From: an archaeon
GTDB taxonomy: Archaea > EX4484-52 > B79-G9
Reading direction: 5' to 3'
Assembly: GCA_043813875.1 (NCBI GenBank)
Contig: JBDRKP010000083.1
Span: 1 to 22,071 of the forward strand
Length of the DNA stretch: 22,071 bases
Below the pieces are notes generated by a model. The model saw nothing but the letters and a program-made list of their open reading frames with translations. It searched no databases and was not told where the DNA came from. Position 1 is the first letter of the stretch; every line of letters begins with the position of its first letter. Shown piece by piece: positions 9,331 to 16,454 of the stretch. The position numbers and the translations under genes are program-made.

Positions 9331-9352
9331 TTCACCCTCGTCGATTAAGAGC
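9331..9352 (-). other. tRNA intron 1 (22 nt, position 30/31) with a strict BHB motif; contains the CTT anticodon cassette
   Basis: AGAG-CACC-GG^G-CTC pairs with GAG-GGTG-AA^G-CTTT, giving a 4-bp central helix, two 3-nt bulges and both flanking helices. Confidence 0.85.
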
Positions 9353-9430
9353 CCGGTGCTCTAGCCAGACTGAGCTACAGGCCCACTCCTTGTGTGTTTG
9401 AAAATTGAGATTACTCTATTCTCAGGATAA

Positions 9431-9440
9431 TTTTATAAAT
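9431..9440 (-). promoter_or_regulatory. TATA box for tRNA-Lys, and probably the rpoH operon
   Basis: Minus strand ATTTATAAAA about 50 nt upstream of tRNA position 1. A second ATTTATAAAC lies at 9661-9670. Confidence 0.5.
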
Positions 9441-9729
9441 GTATCTATGTCTGAGTGATTTTGCTTGATGTTGCTAGAATTTATTGCTTTATATGACCCA
9501 CACATGTTACTTTGCTCCGATATGATTATGATATGTTGATATCTGTTGTTGATATTTGATGGTAGTTGGGTATCATTTGAGAATATTAACCGGTCCATTT
9601 TAACAGACATAAATTGTTCTATTTGAATTTATATACGATTAGATTTTTTAGTATGCTTAAGTTTATAAATGTTTTGATGGGTGAAGAGTGGTAATGGTGT
9701 TGGTGGGATTAAGCGTCCCACATTATTTT

Positions 9730-11001
9730 TTAGTTCGTATTTATGTGTTCGGATATCGTCTTTATGTCTTTGGCGTTCTTGCTGTGCTTATTTCTGTATT
9801 GCTCTATTGTTCTTGTGATGATTTCGCTTGCTGATGTGAATCTGTTTTTTTCAATGAGGTATATGAGGACGGATGTTATGAGGACGCTTGAGAATATACC
9901 GCCGCCGACGATGTTTGTGAATACGGCGTCTGCCTGTATCACTGCGAGCATGACTGTCGGTGTCAGGCCTTTTGCGCACATGGCATCAAGGAAGTATGTG
10001 TCTTTGTCTTCGATGTCGTTGTTGCCGATTTTGTTTCTGGTGAGGGATCTTGCAAGGTATGCTATGAGGAAGAAGCCGAGCCCATAAAGGAGGTATGTCC
10101 ATTGGGTGAAGTCGACGAGGATGCCGAGGTAGAAGAACAGGAATGTGCGGATGAGGAAGCTTATGTCTTTGAAGAAGTGTTTTGTCTCCAGGCCGATGAG
10201 TGAGACGCTTTCTTTCTGTTCTTTGTAGAGGAGTTTGCTCCATATGGTGACGTTTCCAAGCATTATGGAGAAGAAGAAGACTGTTATGACTCCGTTTGCT
10301 TTTACGTATTCGGCGAAGGCGTAGAGTGTGACGAGGACTGCCATTGTGGCGATGGGGGCGCTTGAGTATTCGCCTACGTGCTTTAGGATGAATGCCCATA
10401 TCATCGCGACGACAAGGCCTATGCCGAGGCTTAGGAAGAGGTAGCTTGTGAGGCTTTGTGTAACTTCATTGAATGTCATTGTGGAGAAGTTGATTATGGA
10501 GAGTATGCCGACGATCACGAGGATGTCGATTATTGCGCTTTCGGTCTGGATCTGGGCTTCGGCTTTTGCGCTTAGCCTGATTGTCTCGAGGATGCTGTTT
10601 ATGATGGAGCCGTCAAGGACGCAGAAGAGGGCGCCAAGAGAGAATGCGAGTATCCATCTGAAGCCGAGAAAGTAGTGGGAGATTGCGCCGAGGACTGCTG
10701 TTATCAGTATGAAGTTGATGAGTGATGATGCGAAGGCGTATTTCATCGTCGAGAAGAGGGCTCTTAGCTTTATCGGGAGTGCGCCGTAGAATACGACGTA
10801 GATAAGGCTGAATATTATGAGGAATGTTATCTCTTCGCTTGTCGTTTTCATGCTTCCTGCGATGCCGAGGTGGGAGAAGAGAGCGCCTGCGGCGATGAGT
10901 ATGAGGACGTCGGGGATCTTTGTTTTTTTGAAGTTGTATTGCGCAAGGAGACCCAGGATGATGACTATGCCCACTATGAATAAGCTGCCTGTCGTGTCCA
11001 T
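9730..11001 (-). CDS. Cation:proton antiporter, CPA1/NhaP-like
   Basis: Roughly 12-13 hydrophobic segments; KIPDVLILI, ESAIID (cf. ES..ND), FLIRTFLFFYLG and AKGL (cf. PRGL). Confidence 0.85.
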   Translation of the reverse strand: MDTTGSLFIVGIVIILGLLAQYNFKKTKIPDVLILIAAGALFSHLGIAGSMKTTSEEITFLIIFSLIYVVFYGALPIKLRALFSTMKYAFASSLINFILITAVLGAISHYFLGFRWILAFSLGALFCVLDGSIINSILETIRLSAKAEAQIQTESAIIDILVIVGILSIINFSTMTFNEVTQSLTSYLFLSLGIGLVVAMIWAFILKHVGEYSSAPIATMAVLVTLYAFAEYVKANGVITVFFFSIMLGNVTIWSKLLYKEQKESVSLIGLETKHFFKDISFLIRTFLFFYLGILVDFTQWTYLLYGLGFFLIAYLARSLTRNKIGNNDIEDKDTYFLDAMCAKGLTPTVMLAVIQADAVFTNIVGGGIFSSVLITSVLIYLIEKNRFTSASEIITRTIEQYRNKHSKNAKDIKTISEHINTN

Positions 11002-11111
11002 TTTTGAACCTGGATTGATTTTTTGGTGTTTTTCAGTTTATATGTTGTATTATATTGTCTAAAAGTGTTATTATAGTTTTTTGTGGGGTTTTGATGATTT
11101 TGGGTGAAAAA

Positions 11112-11423
11112 CCTGAAAGCGTTTTTGTTATTTACGCAGTCCGCGTACCTTAGTTTTCCATCCTTTGCAGGCATTTTCAAACCGTGACAAATTGTCACGA
11201 GTTGCGGCTCTCTTTGCTTTAGTTTCCTCCAGTATGCCAGTTCATCAATGCTGTCTGTAAGGACTGCGATGATGTCTGTTACAGAATAGTGCCATTCGCC
11301 GTCGTGCCAGAGTCTTCTGATTTTCTTGTCCTGAAATACAGTAAAAGTCATAACTTTTTCATGCCACTTACGTGCCAAGCTTTCGAAGACTGCGTCTTTA
11401 AAATAGACTAATGACTTTTCCAT
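11112..11423 (-). pseudogene. Truncated Bro-N domain (phage antirepressor-like) gene; the open frame runs on to 10974 through unrelated AT-rich sequence
   Basis: FQDKKIRRLWHDGEWHYSVTDIIAVLTDS..YWRKLKQR..VTICHGLKM.AKDGK matches Bro-N proteins. Similarity stops at NAFR, where the family normally continues with an (L/I)IQSIPSPKAEPFK-type segment. Confidence 0.7.
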
Positions 11424-11726
11424 ATAATTGACGTCTATTGGTTTATTGGCGGTATTTGTCCAGATAGTAACGACGTCAACTATAGTATTAGAGAGTTATC
11501 TTTATTTTCCGTCATTGAATCCCTCGATGATTTTTATTGTATATAAAGTATAGAATCTCCAAGGTATGTTTCTTATGGAAAAAGTCTAACATATATATCA
11601 GTCAGGTATATGTTTTTTTGTAGCCACAAAATATAAGAATACTTGTCGATAGTATTTCTACTGGTGAATTTGGTGGTGTTCATATTTAAGCCTTTTGAGA
11701 TTAGATTGTTAAAGGTGGGCAGGGTT

Positions 11727-11930
11727 ATGAAGCATATAACTAAGACTGCTGGTAAACTTTATTCTAAATCAAAGCTCTACTTAAAGAATGATGATTTCGC
11801 GGATTGTAAGTATGAGTTATATGATATGGGGAGAGTTCATTTGCATGAATGCGATGGGCATGTTAAGGGTAGAGCGATGCTTATTTTTGTTCCGGATAAG
11901 CCCAGACATAAAAAGGATATCAGAATGTAG
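11727..11930 (+). CDS. Small hypothetical protein (67 aa)
   Basis: ATG 11727 is preceded by AAGGTG, the SD motif used by core genes in this window; no recognisable domain. Confidence 0.4.
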   Translation: MKHITKTAGKLYSKSKLYLKNDDFADCKYELYDMGRVHLHECDGHVKGRAMLIFVPDKPRHKKDIRM

Positions 11931-12000
11931 ATTCATTGAAATTTGGGAGCGACAGCGACCTTTCTTGTCTCTTCGGGTTAAACCGCACTGATTTGGTTGG

Positions 12001-12006
12001 AAAAAA
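12001..12006 (-). terminator. T6 tract after tRNA-Thr
   Basis: TTTTTT lies three nt after the discriminator base on the minus strand. Confidence 0.55.
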
Positions 12007-12009
12007 GAG

Positions 12010-12082
12010 AGCCCGGGGCGAGATTTGAACACGCGACCTCTGCCTTACCAAGGCAACGCTCTACCAGCTGAGCCACCCGGGC
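12010..12082 (-). tRNA. tRNA-Thr(GGT), intronless, CCA not encoded
   Basis: Acceptor stem GCCCGGG/CCCGGGC, D stem GCTC/GAGC, anticodon stem TTGCC/GGCAG with loop TT-GGT-AA, T-loop TTCAAAT, discriminator T. One T-T mismatch in the T stem. Confidence 0.95.
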
Positions 12083-12097
12083 TTTTTGAATGTGATT

Positions 12098-12139
12098 TAT
12101 GTTTGATGTCTGTTTAATGTATGTTTATGTCTGTTTAAT
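12098..12139. repeat. Imperfect tandem duplication (about 21 bp) upstream of tRNA-Thr
   Basis: tatgtttgatgtctgtttaat and tatgtttatgtctgtttaat share an exact 13-bp core atgtctgtttaat at 12106 and 12127. Confidence 0.75.
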
Positions 12140-12231
12140 TGGTATTGGTATGTGTTGAGTTGGGAATTGTATGTCATGATTTGATGGGTTATTTTTTTAA
12201 GCTTAATGAGGGATTGGATGAGAGGATGGTC

Positions 12232-13062
12232 CTATGATAGAGCGCTGACGAGGAATGCTATCAGTATGAGTATCATGCTGATTTTTACAAACCTGTGCGA
12301 TTCCATGGCGTATCTTGTGTTTATGAGGAGTCTTAGGCCGCTGTAGGCGAGTATTATGTCTGCCACGCTTATTATGTATTGATATTTGATGCCTAGTGAT
12401 GCGATCGGTATTATGCTTATGAATATCGCGATGATGAGAAGTGATGATGAGATCATGCCTGCCATCCTGTCGCCATAGTATGTGGCCAGTGTGTTTTTCC
12501 TGTATTTTATGCCGTCCTGGTTGTCTATGTTGTGCGCTATCTTTCTTGCGCTGCTTGTCAGGGCGATGAGCGTGGAGAGTATGAGGATGAGTTTTGTTAT
12601 CGCGATGTTTCCCGGGCTTATGGATAGGCCGCCGAAGAGGATGACGGATCCGTTGAAGTATCCCTGGTAGAGTTCTGTGAGCGGTGATCTTTCTTTGTTG
12701 TAGCTGTAGATTATGACGATTATCGTGTTTATCAATATCAGTGCGGTGCAGAAGGGATTCAGGAAATAGTGGGATAAAGCGAGGCTTAGTGTGAACAGGA
12801 ATGCTGAGAGCGCTACTGCGTTGTCTTTTGTTATCAATTCCATGCAGAGCGGACGTTTCAGCTTGCGGGTTTTGTCTTTCTCTATATCAAAGTAGTCGTT
12901 TATTATTGTGACTGATGTGAGTGAGGCTAGCGCAGTGAGTATCGTAATCAAGGCGTGTGACATATCCGGCAATCCGCCGGTTGCGACTATAAGGCTTGCG
13001 ATTATCAGGCAGGTGATTTTTGCTGCAGCGTAAAGCCTGATGAATCCTCGAACTCTTTTCAT
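12232..13062 (-). CDS. UbiA-family prenyltransferase, digeranylgeranylglyceryl-phosphate (DGGGP) synthase-like
   Basis: INDYFDIEKD....RPL first Asp-rich motif, TLA..YG, and about 8 TM helices. Confidence 0.85.
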   Translation of the reverse strand: MKRVRGFIRLYAAAKITCLIIASLIVATGGLPDMSHALITILTALASLTSVTIINDYFDIEKDKTRKLKRPLCMELITKDNAVALSAFLFTLSLALSHYFLNPFCTALILINTIIVIIYSYNKERSPLTELYQGYFNGSVILFGGLSISPGNIAITKLILILSTLIALTSSARKIAHNIDNQDGIKYRKNTLATYYGDRMAGMISSSLLIIAIFISIIPIASLGIKYQYIISVADIILAYSGLRLLINTRYAMESHRFVKISMILILIAFLVSALS

Positions 13063-13084
13063 AGTGTCGCCTATGATCAGGTCA

Positions 13085-13258
13085 TTATTTCGTGCCTGTT
13101 TTCATCTGCTTGCTCTTTAGTCTTAAACTCTTGCTGCCGCATTTTCTGCATTTGGCTTTGTCGGGCTTGTTTGTCCTTATCTTTGCGTTGCATTTCATGC
13201 ATATTCTTACGTTTGTGAACGTTCTTGTCATTGCTACTGAATCTTTAGCTTTTGCCAT
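13085..13258 (-). CDS. rpl40e: 50S ribosomal protein L40e
   Basis: ICMKCNAK...KCRKCGSKSLRLK zinc ribbon; GGTG SD before ATG 13258. Confidence 0.92.
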   Translation of the reverse strand: MAKAKDSVAMTRTFTNVRICMKCNAKIRTNKPDKAKCRKCGSKSLRLKSKQMKTGTK

Positions 13259-13331
13259 TTTTTTCACCTGTTTTGATAAAGAGTTTATATCTTTAGTTAG
13301 TTTTAAATAGATTGTTGTGATGATGTGGGGA

Positions 13332-13850
13332 TTATATATATCTTTCCCAGTTGATTTTTCCTGGTTGGTGCTCTTTTCTTATCTTTTCTTCTTTTATAAT
13401 GTTGATTATCGTGTCTGCTGTTTTTTCTGCTGTTTTTCCTGTTGTGTCTATCTCGTATGTGTTTTTGTTTTGGCTAACGGATTCCTGGAGTATGATGTCT
13501 AGTGTCTCTGCTTCTATGTTCTCTTCTATCTTTTTTTTGGGCCATTGTCTTTTTTTGAGGCGCTCTCTTAGTATTTCCGGATTTGTGCGGAGGATTATTG
13601 CGATGTCTGCTGTGCAGTAGTGCGCAAGATGGCCTTCCATTATTGTGTTGTCTTCGATTGATATTGATTTTTTTCTCAATTTATTTTCGTCTATGATCTG
13701 TGAATTCCTGTCCGTGTCGGTTCCGGTTATCAGGTGGTTCTTTTTTGCGAATGTGTTTATGTCAATTAGCCTGTAGTTTAATTTTTTGGCAAGTAGTTTC
13801 GATACTTCTGTTTTTCCTGTGCCTGGTGTGCCGCTGATGATTATTTTCAT
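13332..13850 (-). CDS. Adenylate kinase, AK6/Fap7(hCINAP)-type
   Basis: ISGTPGTGKT P-loop, EGHLAH motif and L.ERL..R.W...KI.EN.EAE. Start 13850 or 13859. Confidence 0.9.
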   Translation of the reverse strand: MKIIISGTPGTGKTEVSKLLAKKLNYRLIDINTFAKKNHLITGTDTDRNSQIIDENKLRKKSISIEDNTIMEGHLAHYCTADIAIILRTNPEILRERLKKRQWPKKKIEENIEAETLDIILQESVSQNKNTYEIDTTGKTAEKTADTIINIIKEEKIRKEHQPGKINWERYI

Positions 13851-13883
13851 GGGTATCATCTGATGTTTTTCATTTTATCTGTC

Positions 13884-14078
13884 CTATTTTCCGCCGAGCA
13901 GTTTTCTGATGTTTTCGCCTGCCTGTTCTATGATTGTTATAAGATTGGTCTCTGTGCTACTGCTTGTTGTGCTCAGCAATATTATCAGCGCGAGTGCTGT
14001 CGCCAATGCGACCACGATTGTGATGATGATCCATATCGCCTGTTCCATGCCTTTTTTGTGGTATTTAGGGTATGGCAT
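13884..14078 (-). CDS. Small pilin-like membrane protein with a probable class III signal peptide
   Basis: KKG followed by MEQ and a hydrophobic run of about 22 residues. Alternative GTG start at 14138 overlaps the upstream stop. Confidence 0.6.
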   Translation of the reverse strand: MPYPKYHKKGMEQAIWIIITIVVALATALALIILLSTTSSSTETNLITIIEQAGENIRKLLGGK

Positions 14079-14134
14079 GACAACATGATTAGAAATGTTC
14101 TGGCATGTGCGATTTATATGGCTTTTAATCACTT

Positions 14135-16261
14135 TCACCCGATGATTTTTCTTATCATTTCCCTGACGAAGGCAAGTATCTTTTCTAAGGTTGTCTGTTC
14201 TTTTATTACAATTGTGCTGTTTTTGGTGTATTTGTTGCTTCCCACGTCTGTATATCTTATTGTCGCTACGTGGGTACCTATGGGGAGTTCGAATTCCACG
14301 CTTGTCTTTATTTTAGGGTCGTCTATATGTTTTGTGATTCCGTTGATATCTATTGATATGTCTTTTGGGATGTCTTTTGTTGATTCAATGTAGAGGGTCG
14401 CTATGTTTTTTTTGTAGTCGTATGTTGTCTTTATCTCTATTTCCGGTTTTTCGTATATGCGGATGTTTCTTGTTGTTCTTGTGTCCACGTTATCTCCACT
14501 TAGGTGGAATGATAATTTCTTGTCGCCTGTGGTGGAATATGTTGCGGTTGTGTTGATGTATGTCTCTTTTTCAATCCTTGTTGAGATCATGTCGGTATTG
14601 CTTTCTGATGTTGTGGTGAATTTTATTGTCTCTGGGGTGTTGCGGTTGTTTTTTATGAGGATCGATATGGGTATTTCCTCGTTTGTCTTTGCGTATTCGG
14701 GTATCTCTATTTTGTCCATGTATATGTCTCCGTTTTTTCCTACTTTGTATCTTGTTGTTTTTATGGTTCCTGTTGATGCGTATACAAGTATTTCCTGTTC
14801 TCCTGTCTCTTCGGGTGTGAATGTGTGTGTGATTCCTGCGGTTTCACGCGGGGAAAGTGTCACTGTTTTTTCTATGTGTTCGTTGCCGTGTATTATGCCG
14901 ATTGTCACAGGATTGCTGCCTTGTGTCTTAACAATCTCTATTTTTATTGTCTGCTGTTCGCCGAGGATCAGGTCTGTCTTGTCCAGTTCGGTGTATAATG
15001 TGACTTCGTCTGGTTTCTGGTTAACGAGCGTGTTTATTGTCATGTTGGTCGCCCGCGTGCTGAGGAGGCGGGAATTTAGTGTGAGCGGGCATGTGTATTC
15101 CATGTTTTTCTTCAGGTTGTCGCTTACTTTTATCTTCCAGTAGACTATCTTTTCTTTGTCTGGTTCGAGTATGACGCTTTTTTCTTTGTCTTCGATTTCT
15201 ACGATGTCTATTGTGCTTATGCATGGTTCGAGGTCCAGTTTGATTACCTTGTATTCCATGGGTGTGAATCTTAGGATGACTGCTGCTTCTTCGCCTGCCT
15301 GGAGCTTGTCTGAGCTTTTTATGAGTTCGTAGTCATTTTCTTTTTCTTTTTCTTTGACTTCAAGTATCTGTATGTTTGTCTCGTCTTCTGCCCAGTCCAT
15401 GTCGCTTATTTTTGTGCCGTAGACCTGGATTTCGTTTTTTACGATGTTGTCTTTTTTGGTGGTGAACTGGATGTGTGTGGCGTCGAGGTTCCCGACTTCG
15501 TTCCATGTGGGGTCGACGGGTATCCATCTGCCGATGTATACTTCTGCGAAGGCGTGTTTTTCCCAGCCGTCTTTTCCGTAGGCGTGGCCTGATATGTAGC
15601 GGGCGGGGTAGCCGGCGGCTCTTGCGAGCGCTATGAACAGGCTTGCGAATTCGTCGCAGGTGCCTACCTTGTTTTCGAGTGTCCATAGGGCGTCTTTTGC
15701 TTCTGTCCCTAGGCTCAATGTGTATTCTACGTTATCGTGGACCCAGGTGGCCAGATTCGCTATGCGTTCGAAGTCGGTTTTTGAGTCTTTTGTCAGTTCT
15801 GTTGCTAGGTTTGCTATTTCGGGGTTATCGCTCTGGATGTTTTCTGTCGGTTCGAGGTATGTTTTTATGTCGTCGGGCACTTTGTATGTTTCCGGGATGT
15901 ATAGTGTGCGGCGCTCTTTTATTGTGACTATGCTTTCTGCGTCGTAGGTTATTATGTTTCCTGGCTTTTCTTTTTTTATCGTGAGTATGTTGTTTCCAAG
16001 CTCGTCTTCTGAATATTTTTCGTCTGTTATGACTTCCTGGTTCGAGTTGTCCTGTGGGAATGTGAGGTTGATTTTCACCCATTCGAGCTTGCCGCTCGGG
16101 ACGATGATTTTTCCGTACTGGTTTATTTTCACCTTGAGTTCGCCGATGTTTGCGGGGTCTTTTATGTCCTGGGAGACTGCGAAGGCGGTTTCTGAGAGGA
16201 GGAGGGTGATGATAAGTATTGTTATTGCTGCAATTCCTGGTGTCTTGATGTTAGAACTCAT
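14135..16261 (-). CDS. Secreted transglutaminase-like (Cys-His-Asp) domain protein with a beta-rich C-terminal region
   Basis: Signal peptide ending AFA; GTCDEFASLFIALARAAGYPARY, HAFAEVY and W.PVDPTW. Confidence 0.88.
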   Translation of the reverse strand: MSSNIKTPGIAAITILIITLLLSETAFAVSQDIKDPANIGELKVKINQYGKIIVPSGKLEWVKINLTFPQDNSNQEVITDEKYSEDELGNNILTIKKEKPGNIITYDAESIVTIKERRTLYIPETYKVPDDIKTYLEPTENIQSDNPEIANLATELTKDSKTDFERIANLATWVHDNVEYTLSLGTEAKDALWTLENKVGTCDEFASLFIALARAAGYPARYISGHAYGKDGWEKHAFAEVYIGRWIPVDPTWNEVGNLDATHIQFTTKKDNIVKNEIQVYGTKISDMDWAEDETNIQILEVKEKEKENDYELIKSSDKLQAGEEAAVILRFTPMEYKVIKLDLEPCISTIDIVEIEDKEKSVILEPDKEKIVYWKIKVSDNLKKNMEYTCPLTLNSRLLSTRATNMTINTLVNQKPDEVTLYTELDKTDLILGEQQTIKIEIVKTQGSNPVTIGIIHGNEHIEKTVTLSPRETAGITHTFTPEETGEQEILVYASTGTIKTTRYKVGKNGDIYMDKIEIPEYAKTNEEIPISILIKNNRNTPETIKFTTTSESNTDMISTRIEKETYINTTATYSTTGDKKLSFHLSGDNVDTRTTRNIRIYEKPEIEIKTTYDYKKNIATLYIESTKDIPKDISIDINGITKHIDDPKIKTSVEFELPIGTHVATIRYTDVGSNKYTKNSTIVIKEQTTLEKILAFVREMIRKIIG

Positions 16262-16283
16262 AGAGTTTATTGGTATTTTTGGG

Positions 16284-16293
16284 TTAATATATT
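16284..16293 (-). promoter_or_regulatory. TATA-like box; likely leaderless transcript for the transglutaminase-like gene
   Basis: AAATATATTAA-type element about 25-30 nt upstream of ATG 16261; no SD. Confidence 0.4.
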
Positions 16294-16454
16294 TGTGGAG
16301 ATTGTTGATTTTTCTGTGATTTTATGAATCCTTGAATGATTCTCTTTTAGTTGTTTTGTGAGATTTTTTTTGAAAATCGGCCTGGAATGACTTCTGTTTT
16401 CCTGTGCGGGCATTCATGGATATCTATTTAAGTGCGTGTTGTGCTTAATTTTGC

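Larger units (their letters stand above)
9217..9384 (-). tRNA. tRNA-Lys with multiple introns. Best-supported reading is anticodon TTT with 3 introns (positions 30/31, 37/38, 59/60); alternative is anticodon CTT with 2 introns. CCA encoded.
   Basis: Acceptor stem GGGCCTG/CAGGCCC+ACCA, D stem GCTC/GAGC, anticodon stem CCGGG/CCCGG, T stem GCGGG/CCCGT. Exons for the TTT form are 9384-9353, 9330-9324, 9288-9267 and 9233-9217 (78 nt). Confidence 0.93.

Noticed and set aside
9422..9610. 62-aa ORF upstream of tRNA-Lys
   Set aside because: AT-rich, no SD or motif, and it runs over the likely tRNA TATA box.
12029..12033. T-T mismatch in the tRNA-Thr T stem as a sign of a pseudogene
   Set aside because: All other conserved positions and stems are intact, and single mismatches are tolerated.
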